A stretch of 64,000 bases of DNA from a virus (Duplodnaviria; Caudoviricetes), in the IMG/VR virus record IMGVR_UViG_3300042197_002404, positions 1,690 to 65,689 of that record, one strand, 5' to 3'. Made by a program: the position numbers and the translations under genes. Positions 19,091 through 28,300 of this stretch are shown one piece after another; the first letter of the stretch is position 1; every line of letters starts with the position of its first letter. The notes beneath the pieces were generated by a model. That model had not been told where the DNA came from, made no database searches, and was given only the letters and a program-made list of their open reading frames with translations.

Positions 19091-19336
19091 TTAAGACCTA
19101 AAGGGGAGTACATCTAAAATATACTTATATGCAAAAGATTTTCCTTTTGTAGCAACAGGTAGACCAGTTAATCCAGCACCATTTCCAGAAAATTCAGATG
19201 CGGTTATAACCCCTACAACATTTATACCACCAGATCCACTTATTGATTGTCCGGATGGTATTGATGCACCAAACTTTAATTCTGTTGGTCCATCATCGTT
19301 TTTATTAACAATTGAATTAACTTTTATTTTTGTCAT
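19091..19336 (-). CDS. Short tail-fibre protein (third of a tandem trio)
   Basis: Likely start MTKIKVNSIVNKNDDGP. Confidence 0.7.
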   Translation of the reverse strand: MTKIKVNSIVNKNDDGPTELKFGASIPSGQSISGSGGINVVGVITASEFSGNGAGLTGLPVATKGKSFAYKYILDVLPFRS

Positions 19337-19497
19337 TTTACGATATGAGTGTAAAAGCAATTACTTTACCAACAGTAGCAACAGGTAGACCAGTTAATCC
19401 AGCACCATTTCCAGAAAATTCAGATGCGGTTATAACCCCTACAACATTTATACCACCAGATCCACTTATTGATTGTCCGGATGGTATTGATGCACCA
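19149..19497. repeat. Perfect 123-bp direct repeat (19149-19271 and 19375-19497)
   Basis: gtagcaacaggtagacc...ggtattgatgcacca is identical in both copies. Confidence 0.9.
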
Positions 19498-19574
19498 TAG
19501 GAAACAACAACAGGTCCTACAGGATCATATGCTTCAATACTATCTACTTGAATTTGAGATTGTGTGACAGACAT
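19338..19574 (-). CDS. Short tail-fibre protein (second of trio)
   Basis: SQIQVDSI...GP...GKVIAFTLIS. Confidence 0.7.
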   Translation of the reverse strand: MSVTQSQIQVDSIEAYDPVGPVVVSYGASIPSGQSISGSGGINVVGVITASEFSGNGAGLTGLPVATVGKVIAFTLIS

Positions 19575-19578
19575 AGAA

Positions 19579-19806
19579 TTAAGTTATAATTATAAGAGCT
19601 ATTGCTTTTGAATTGAAAACTTCTCCTGGAACTCCAAGGGTTGTTATTCCAATACCAGATCCAACAAAAGAAGTTGCTGTTACAACTCCTGTAATATTTA
19701 TGTTTCCATTTAATGATTGTCCAGCGGGCACTTCAACACCTTTTGTGAATTCTACAGGTCCATCATCATTAAAATTGGAAATTTTATTAACCCTTAAAGT
19801 AGACAT
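19579..19806 (-). CDS. Short tail-fibre protein (first of trio)
   Basis: MSTLRVNKISNFNDDGP...SKAIALIIIT. Confidence 0.7.
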   Translation of the reverse strand: MSTLRVNKISNFNDDGPVEFTKGVEVPAGQSLNGNINITGVVTATSFVGSGIGITTLGVPGEVFNSKAIALIIIT

Positions 19807-19818
19807 TTACTAACCTCC

Positions 19819-20505
19819 TTATACGATTACAAATGTGTTGCCTGCGCCAACATTGATTGTTGCACCAACTGCTACAGAAATTGGACCAAAGACTCCATAA
19901 TTATTATTTCCATCATCTAAAGTGTAACTTGTAGTAATAAATGATGGATTAGACCAAATAGCGGCAGTTGAAACACCTGTCGTTGAGACTCCGGATCCTC
20001 CACCACCACCACCACCTGCGATACTAATATCAACAGTTGTTCCATTAACAGCAAATGTATTACCAGTTCCTACAAAGTTAAGAGTTGTTACTGGTCCAGA
20101 TGTAATTATATTTCCAGCAGATTGAATACCAATATTATATCCACCATTTGCTGTTACAAAACCGGTTACAGTTAAATCACCACCAACAGTTAGATTATTT
20201 CCTACACTTAGATTACCAGGTGCAGTATCGACCGTTGCAACATTAAATGCTTTGTAAGCAACCAACTCAAGAACATCGCCATTTGTCGCAGAACTAACAA
20301 GACTAACAATAGATCCATTTGTTGCAGTATAATCCTGCCCTTCAATCAGTCTTGCACCATTCAAATAGGCATCAACATATCCAATCGTATATCCAGATAC
20401 AAAAGTAAAATCAGTTGTTACACCTGTTGGTTCAAATATCTGCCTTGCAACAACTACCGACGAATCACCCGGTGCTCTTCCAATATAACCGTTACGATCT
20501 GCCAT
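19819..20505 (-). CDS. Tail-fibre junction/hub protein
   Basis: GYIGRAP; YLNGARLIEGQDYTATNG; C-terminal GPISVAVGATINVGAGNTFVIV. Confidence 0.7.
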   Translation of the reverse strand: MADRNGYIGRAPGDSSVVVARQIFEPTGVTTDFTFVSGYTIGYVDAYLNGARLIEGQDYTATNGSIVSLVSSATNGDVLELVAYKAFNVATVDTAPGNLSVGNNLTVGGDLTVTGFVTANGGYNIGIQSAGNIITSGPVTTLNFVGTGNTFAVNGTTVDISIAGGGGGGGSGVSTTGVSTAAIWSNPSFITTSYTLDDGNNNYGVFGPISVAVGATINVGAGNTFVIV

Positions 20506-20506
20506 A

Positions 20507-21046
20507 TTATGCTACTCCTGTTAAGATACTAATCGAAATATCGATCGCATTTGCAGTATCACAGTACACTCTCAAAATATCATTTCCCTCTAAGAGAGTC
20601 TTACCAGTATCAGAGATGACAAAAGAACTTCCAGCAGGAACAGGAATCTTACTTGCAATCGCAGCACTAATTCCAGCACTATTATCAAAAACTTCAACCG
20701 TCAAACTCACTTGATTATTGGTATTATTTGCAAAGGTTCCACCAATCAGAATACTCTTCGTTGCTGATGGTGAAGTATAAACAGTAGTGGGACCAAGGAA
20801 TCTGACTATTTGAGATGAAGTTGCAGCAGTGTTTGTTGAGTTTCGATCTGCAGTAACTTGACCAGCACCAATCGTAGCAACCTTTGTGCCTGCAATAAAG
20901 TTCCCATTATCAATCAAGTATCCAACAGAAACACTTGCCGTTGAAATACCTGTGATAAGATTAGTTGTGATTCCAATAGAACCAGAGGAACTGGTGGTTA
21001 CAATCCCTGCTGCTCTTGATAATGCGTTGGAAAATGATTCTGCCAT
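20507..21046 (-). CDS. Fibre cap/adaptor, third family
   Basis: VYTSPSATKSILIG...AN...IPVPAGSSF...LLEGNDILRV...IDISISIL resembles the other cap proteins. Confidence 0.65.
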   Translation of the reverse strand: MAESFSNALSRAAGIVTTSSSGSIGITTNLITGISTASVSVGYLIDNGNFIAGTKVATIGAGQVTADRNSTNTAATSSQIVRFLGPTTVYTSPSATKSILIGGTFANNTNNQVSLTVEVFDNSAGISAAIASKIPVPAGSSFVISDTGKTLLEGNDILRVYCDTANAIDISISILTGVA

Positions 21047-21072
21047 TTTTCTTTATGTGTTAAGAGTATTTA

Positions 21073-22605
21073 TTAACCGCCAAGAGCGATTGCAAGACCA
21101 AGTGAAACACCTGGAGTGATTGTAACGGTTGCACTTGTTCCAGCAGAAACAACATTTACGTTTGTTCCTGTGGTTGTTGCAAAATAGATTTCAGTAACTC
21201 CTGCACCAACAAAAGTTGATTCGGAACCAACACCAATCGTTGCTGTTAAACCAGTAGCAGTTCCAGTTAGATTTGAACCATCACCATAATATGTGACGAT
21301 TCCTGATGTTGCGGTGACAATACCATTAATATTAATCGCATTATCAGTAACTGTTACATTAGGTCCTACTGCAAGACGAACACCGTTCGCTACTGACGTA
21401 GTACCGATTGCAAGACCATAATTAAATCCAAACATATCAGTAGCAAATCCAAGAGTACCACTCCTGAACCACATCATCTGTTTGTAAGTGTCTGGAAGCG
21501 TATTGATTCCAGCAGCTGCATATGATACTAAAGGACTTCCTTCAGTTGACGCAATCGCAATACCAGCGTGATTTGCTGTATCATCATTTGGCGTAACTGT
21601 AGTAGTGAAACCAAGAATAATATCCTTATTTGAGATAAAAACTTCTTGGCTTTGCAGAGAGAAGAATGAACCACCGATGGTAATGTTTCCACTAACATCA
21701 AGGTTACCACCGATATTGACATTTTTTTCAACTCCAAGACCACCATCAATTACAAGTGCTCCATTATTAAAAGTTGTGGAGTCTGTAGTATTTGTAATCG
21801 TAGTAATACCTGATATAAGCGTATTACGTATCGTGGTCAGACCTATTACATCAATAGATGCGAATGTTCCACCAGCACCTGCAACATTTAATCCATCCTG
21901 AATGTAAACATAATCATTAAAGGTGGAAAATCCTACAAAAGTGGAGAATCCAACAACTTCAAGATCTCTTGTTGTTGTCAATCCAACAACCTTAAGAGTT
22001 CCGATTGTTGCAATACCGACAATATAAAGGTCAGTATCTAACTCAACACTACCTGCAAGAGTTAGATTTCCTGCAACATAAAGATCATTTGAAAAACTTC
22101 CAACACCAACAAATGTTGAAATACCTCCAACATATAGATTGGATTCAATATTAACTGAGTCATTAAAAGTAGAAAATCCAACAAACGTTGAAATGCCACC
22201 TACATTAATATTGCCATCAATATCAATATTACTTTGGATATTGGTATTACCAGTAAATCTTGCGTCTCCCTGAACATAAAGTGCAGTTTGACCAACAGAT
22301 ACTGGTGAACGAACATCTAATAGGAATGCTGGTTGAGCAGTTCCAACACCAACCGATTGTCCAAAACCAGTAGGTCCTGCAATAACACTAAAGATTGTAC
22401 CGCCAGTACCAACTCTTAACTCATTAAGAACTGTGGCAACACCAGTAATTCTTGCATCGGTTGCACCAACTCCACCTAAAACGTGAAGAGTATATTCTGG
22501 TATTGAGGTGCCAATACCAACCTTATTTGTCTCTGCATTCGCAAGAATAAGGTTAGTATTGACTTCAAGCCCATTTTTTATTACGAACGACTTATTTACA
22601 GCCAT
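21073..22605 (-). CDS. Tail-fibre protein
   Basis: Repeated VGIGT and VGGISTFVG fibre motifs; GALVIDGGLGVEKNVNIGG; ends GVSLGLAIALGG. Confidence 0.8.
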   Translation of the reverse strand: MAVNKSFVIKNGLEVNTNLILANAETNKVGIGTSIPEYTLHVLGGVGATDARITGVATVLNELRVGTGGTIFSVIAGPTGFGQSVGVGTAQPAFLLDVRSPVSVGQTALYVQGDARFTGNTNIQSNIDIDGNINVGGISTFVGFSTFNDSVNIESNLYVGGISTFVGVGSFSNDLYVAGNLTLAGSVELDTDLYIVGIATIGTLKVVGLTTTRDLEVVGFSTFVGFSTFNDYVYIQDGLNVAGAGGTFASIDVIGLTTIRNTLISGITTITNTTDSTTFNNGALVIDGGLGVEKNVNIGGNLDVSGNITIGGSFFSLQSQEVFISNKDIILGFTTTVTPNDDTANHAGIAIASTEGSPLVSYAAAGINTLPDTYKQMMWFRSGTLGFATDMFGFNYGLAIGTTSVANGVRLAVGPNVTVTDNAININGIVTATSGIVTYYGDGSNLTGTATGLTATIGVGSESTFVGAGVTEIYFATTTGTNVNVVSAGTSATVTITPGVSLGLAIALGG

Positions 22606-22644
22606 TTCGGGTTCACTCTCCCCCGGTTAGTTTTAACTATTTAG

Positions 22645-25305
22645 TTAACTCACATATCTCAGAACGACTCTTGCAGGTCCTGCATTTCCACCAAGTTGAG
22701 TGTTCACTACAGTCACAGATCCATCAGTATATCCAGACCCACCTCCACCACCTGCATTAGAAGATCCACCACTACCACCCGTTGCACCATTACCTCCATT
22801 ACCACCACCAGTTCCAGCTCCTGCAGTCTGAGTTATGTTATATCCTGCTTTATAACCTCTTGCTATGGATGCTGTATTTGTAACAACTGTACCATTAGAT
22901 AATCTAAACTGAGTAGTTCCAACGTCAGAGCAAGCAGAAACTCCTTGCTGTTGCCAATAAACACCCTTCGTACACTTGATAGATCTTCCTGCATTTGGTG
23001 CGATTGCTTTTGTATCCGGTGCAACTGCAGAAAGAGTAGTTAATGATCCAAAGATTCCATTTCCGCCCAAGTTACCAGCAGTAATCACCTGACCACCAAC
23101 TCCTGCACTTCTACCAAATCCATTCTCACCACCAACATTCACACCACCACCAAATCCACCTCTTCCACCAGATCCCGCATTACCTCCTTTACCAACACAA
23201 GCAATCAACTGTCCTTTTCTATAAACAAATGGAGTGTCGATATCTTCATTCAATCCAGTGATTACATATTCTACGTTTCTACTCATCGTAAATCTAATTC
23301 TAGAAAATCCTCCCTCACCACCAGAATTTGAACCACTATTTGTTCCCTTACCGCCATAAAGATCCATCTCTACATTAATGTCTCTATCTGGTGAATAAAA
23401 GACAATTTGATTGATATTGGCGGAAGCAACTTGTCTATTAATTGTATACTCACCGTTTAGTAAGTTGACCGTAGTTAAAGATGCAGTACTTGTGGATCCA
23501 ATTTGCTCTAGATTTACAAAATAATTGTCTGAAGATGAAATTACTTTATACTCTACAATATCACTAGAAACAAAAGAATTTGTTGCAGTTGCAGAGGTTA
23601 TTCTGCAAAAAACTGTAGCAAGTCCAACTAAATTATCTGATAAGATAGACAACGATGGTGTTCTTGACCCAGAAAATGTTATGTTTCTTGGAGATGATGT
23701 GGTTACAGTAGTTGTAACTGGAATCGCAACTTGAACTGATTCTGTGTATTCTTCTTGAACTATTCTTGTTTCGGTCCAGTTATATGAAACCTGAGCGTAT
23801 CCATCACCATCATTTTGACTTCCATTAAATGAAAATGATGCTGCACTACGTTCATAACCACCAAAAGTTACAGCTCCAGTAGTTCCATACCCAGAACCTT
23901 CGTCTATTTGTCTTCCATCACCGCCACCTAATGCGGGTCTTGGACTTCCAATAGGAGCACCATTTGGTTGAATTTCATCAAGTCCGTATCTTCCTCCAAG
24001 TTGTCTTGGTCTCAATCCTCCAGGTCCTGGAGAATTATCGGTTCCAGCACCACCACCACCACCTCCACCACCATCTAAATCGCCGGGACAGGATTGCCCT
24101 GGAGCTCCATCAGATCTATTTCTACCATCAGGCGCAAATCCACCTGCCTCCGGATTTGCGGGTTGTCCAGGAGTACGAAGAGAACCTCCACCACCTCCGC
24201 CTCCACCGGCAGCGATGATTGTATGATATCCATAGTTGCTATCATAAACTCCTGTGGATCCTCCACCTCCTCCACCACCGCCTGATGCTCCACGACCTCC
24301 AGCATTTCCGCCATCACCACCACGATTTAATCCATCACCACCACGTCCTCCCCCTCTACTTTGCGTATTACTTTCCCCATCATTACCTCTTTTACCTATA
24401 GTAAATGATAATGTTCTTCCGCCAGGAGAATAATCAAATTCACCAAATCTTCCTCCAGCGCCGCTTCCTCCACCAGCTTCAGCATCAGAACCACCATTTC
24501 CACCTCTTGCTCCAGCGACTCTGACTTTTACATTATTAGAAGTTGGATGTAATGTTATAGACCCTGGAGATGTAAATGTTCTAGTATCGGACTTATTTTC
24601 TGTTATTTCTCTATTTCTATAAACTATTTGATCTCTTGTTTCATATGTAGTTACTGTTGTAGTAGTTGTTGAAGTAAGAGAATCCGTAATTGTTCCATCA
24701 GTTATGGGAGATCCATTATAGTACCATTGATAGACTAAATCATTAGCAAAAAAGTCATCAGTTAGTCCACTATTAATTGAAAAAGTTGCTGTTGCATTAA
24801 TGATTGCAGTAATGCTTGTTGGTTGTGCAACAATCTCAATCAAAGGATAAACAGTAAGAGTTCCAATACCAGAACTCAAAGGTTCGTTAATTGCATTTCC
24901 TGTTGAACGTGCTGTTCCAGCAGTAACAGGTGTTGATGTTTGATAAGCTGACGAAATATAATCTGCAGTTAGATAAAACTGTCTTCTGTTATCTGTTGGA
25001 GTTATAAGTCTGGATAATGTTAGGGTTGTTGTTCCAGTTCCAGTTACATATTGACTATCTGATAATGCACCAACGCCAACCTCATACCAACGATAAGTTA
25101 CAATACCAGTATTTGATGCTGGATTGGTTGGTGCAGATGGAGATCCTGTACTTATCCCACTTGGGAATGTTGCGGTTGCAATACCAGTAAAAGTAGCAAT
25201 TCCACTTCCAGTTTCACCTGGCAAAACACCGGTGGATGCTACTCCTACTGGATTTGTTGTGAATGAAAGAACTGGACCGTTTAAATCTAAAGTCGTTTGC
25301 TTCAT
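22645..25305 (-). CDS. Virion protein with Ig-like segments and two Gly-rich domains
   Basis: TYRWY/VYQWY Ig-like segments, polyglycine tracts, ends GPARVVLRY. Confidence 0.75.
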   Translation of the reverse strand: MKQTTLDLNGPVLSFTTNPVGVASTGVLPGETGSGIATFTGIATATFPSGISTGSPSAPTNPASNTGIVTYRWYEVGVGALSDSQYVTGTGTTTLTLSRLITPTDNRRQFYLTADYISSAYQTSTPVTAGTARSTGNAINEPLSSGIGTLTVYPLIEIVAQPTSITAIINATATFSINSGLTDDFFANDLVYQWYYNGSPITDGTITDSLTSTTTTTVTTYETRDQIVYRNREITENKSDTRTFTSPGSITLHPTSNNVKVRVAGARGGNGGSDAEAGGGSGAGGRFGEFDYSPGGRTLSFTIGKRGNDGESNTQSRGGGRGGDGLNRGGDGGNAGGRGASGGGGGGGGSTGVYDSNYGYHTIIAAGGGGGGGGSLRTPGQPANPEAGGFAPDGRNRSDGAPGQSCPGDLDGGGGGGGGAGTDNSPGPGGLRPRQLGGRYGLDEIQPNGAPIGSPRPALGGGDGRQIDEGSGYGTTGAVTFGGYERSAASFSFNGSQNDGDGYAQVSYNWTETRIVQEEYTESVQVAIPVTTTVTTSSPRNITFSGSRTPSLSILSDNLVGLATVFCRITSATATNSFVSSDIVEYKVISSSDNYFVNLEQIGSTSTASLTTVNLLNGEYTINRQVASANINQIVFYSPDRDINVEMDLYGGKGTNSGSNSGGEGGFSRIRFTMSRNVEYVITGLNEDIDTPFVYRKGQLIACVGKGGNAGSGGRGGFGGGVNVGGENGFGRSAGVGGQVITAGNLGGNGIFGSLTTLSAVAPDTKAIAPNAGRSIKCTKGVYWQQQGVSACSDVGTTQFRLSNGTVVTNTASIARGYKAGYNITQTAGAGTGGGNGGNGATGGSGGSSNAGGGGGSGYTDGSVTVVNTQLGGNAGPARVVLRYVS

Positions 25306-25316
25306 TCTAGTCTACC

Positions 25317-28300
25317 TCAGTTATCAAAGTTTTGTCCAACAACGACTCCATATATTCCCGATGTAGTAAGTGAAGTACCGTCAAATAACTTGAAGGTGTA
25401 AATATCAGATTTGTTAGCAGTTGGAGTTACAATAGGAAGAACCCCACCACCAGGCCAATATACAGGTATCACAGCACCTCCAGATGTTCTGAACGTATCA
25501 ATACCAACAGAACGATTACCAGTACCATCTTGGGTAATTCTAATCGTAAACTCAGTAGACCCCGATGGAGCATTAATCAGAGTAAACTGGTTAATGTTAG
25601 CAGTTGCAGTACAAATAAAGGTTTGTGCTTGAGACAAATCAATTACAGAGACATTAGCTACAACTGTTACAAATCCTACATTTTCTGAATATGTTTTAAA
25701 TCTTGCGTGACCTTCGATATCAAACTTTGCTCTTGGTGCTGAAGTACCAATACCAACATCAGTTCCACTTACATATAGAGTTGTTAGTGCAACACCAGCG
25801 TGAATCGTAGAAGATGTTATAATACCTGCATTAATTCTTCCAGTAGAACTGTTATCCAAATCAAATGCAGCTGCAGTCAAAATACCACTAATGTTTACAT
25901 TATTTGCAGTAATGAATCCTACAAACTTTGCTTCACCGTGTACATAGAGAGAAGTAGAAATACCAGGATATCCAACTTCAAGATTGTAACTTGGTATTGA
26001 GGTTCCGATACCAACATTATTCAAGTTTGTATTGTAGATTCCCCCACCAATATTAGTCCAACCCGTGTTAGATACGTTAACATTTGTAATGCCAGAACCA
26101 TCACCAACAAATGCTGTAGCAGTTACTGTTCCTACAATATTTGTACTACCAATAACGTGAAGAGCATATCCATTTCCAGTTGTTCCAACACCAACTTGTC
26201 CATTATTAACTGAGAACTGAGTTGATCCAGAACCAATCAGTAATCTATTAAATCCAGGAGAAGTAGTTGCAATACCAATCTGATCAAAGATTCCAATATT
26301 CAAATCTTTAGAAATGCTTACATTACCGAAACGATACCAGTCATTATCAAGAGTATAAATCCAACCAACATATCCACCAGCAGTTGGGTTTGCATAATAA
26401 ACAACATCACCAGGATTTCCTGCAAGAGAAGGAGTTGCAATACCAACTGTGTATTTTCTTGAAACTGTAGCATCACCCTGTAAGTAAAGGTTATTGGACT
26501 CAAGACCCTTAGGTGAGTTAACAGTTAACTTATTATTAACAATAACAGGACCATTAAACTCAGAAGAAACCTTATTGTCAGGACCACCTTCAACACGGAT
26601 TGAGCGACTGAATAAACCTTCAAGAGGATTCAGAACATTAATATTAGGAACAACGCTAATATCTTCACCAGTAATTGTTTGTACTGGAGTATCAAAGATC
26701 TCTTCAATACCAGTAACGGTACTTAGTTTTTTATTGCCAGAGTAAGAAATACCTCTATCATTCATTCCTGTGTAGAAGTTGATTCCACCCTCTCTCTTAG
26801 TAGATTGAGCAAGAAGTTCTTCCGCAGCAGAGATTGTACGATCTTGTTTATCAGGTAGTGCTGTTGAGTAGTTACCAGGACCGAATCCAACATATTCAAA
26901 GGTATGTCCAGATGCTCTGTTGATTGAGTGTCTTCTGAGCTCAGTTGGATTGACTGAGATTTTTCTTACGGTTCCATTAATAGAATGTGTTGCTGGTTTT
27001 GTACCGAGAACTCCACGGAAAACATAAAGTGGATTGGAACCAGTAGTAGTTGTTTTGACTCTTACTATCTCATCATCAAGAAGTAGGTAATCTCCAATAT
27101 TGACATCCAAGTTAGAAATACCAGTCAGACTTACTTCATCAGTAGTTACGTTAGGTACGTCTGCAGATAAGGTAGTTGTGATTCCTGCATAGTTTGGAAT
27201 CATTCTACCGCCAAGATTTTCATTATTTTCCGTGATTACACCATCGTTTGAAGTGTATCCAAGACGATATGCATAGGTGGTACCTGCACCTGTTGGGGTT
27301 GGGGCACTATCTGCTACACCAATATTAACAGAGAACTTATATGTTGGTGTAGATGCAAGAATATCAAGAACTTCTGTAACAACAAAGTCTCCAGTATAAG
27401 TGCTCTCGTTAAATCCAACAAGTTTAACCTTCTGATCTACCTTGAATCCGTGACTGTTGCGAGTAGTAATGGTAGCGATTCCGCTTACATTATCATAAGT
27501 AAGGTTGTTGATTCTAACTGCTTCTCCAGTCAGATAAGTATATGCTCCAGTAGTTAGAGTTACACCAATACCAGTTGTTGTGAATCCAGATACACTCTCT
27601 GCAGATTCAACAGTAACTGCTTTTGATGATCCAACATTAACACCAGTAATTCTATACAGTTGATTGTATCCAGCATAGGATTCAGAAGATACTCCAACAA
27701 CCCTGAGAGTATCTCCAACGTTATTGTAAGTGCTGCTAACTGTTACAACTGCTTGAGAATATCCTGCTACGGTTTGAACACCGACGACTGCAAGGGTATT
27801 ACCAATACCATATGCACTACCACCATCCATTATCTTGACTGCAGTAATAGTTCCACTACCATTTACGGTAATCTTTGCAGTTGCATATTGACCAGTAACA
27901 GAAGATCCAATACTTACAAGTTTAGCATTATAGAGATCACCTGCACTACCAGATCCATATCCAGCACCACCATTAGTGATAGTTACTGAAGTCAGACGAT
28001 TTAATCCGTGATCTATTGTAGTGTAGATTGTATGTGCTGTTCCCGTCGTTGAGACAATATCAGTAACACCAACACCAATATCAGTATCACGGAGAACTTT
28101 TGTAAGTGTTTCTTTTGTTACGCTTTTTCTTACATCATTAACGACAACATCACCAATCAGAGATGAAAGTGCAAAAGAAGTTGTTTCACCCGGATCAGTA
28201 TCAGGATTATCTCTGTTTGTCTGAGGATAAAGTTCTTTTACTGGTTGAGAATAACTCTCATCTGTAAATGGTGCAACATTAGGCGAGTTTGATGCATTTA

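Noticed and set aside
178-25366. Numerous Pro-, His- or Val-rich ORFs (e.g. 178..582, 510..740, 7482..7916, 10263..10886, 12156..12731, 13423..13818)
   Set aside because: Shadow frames of the GGT/GGA-rich adhesin and fibre genes; they overlap longer, paralog-supported ORFs.
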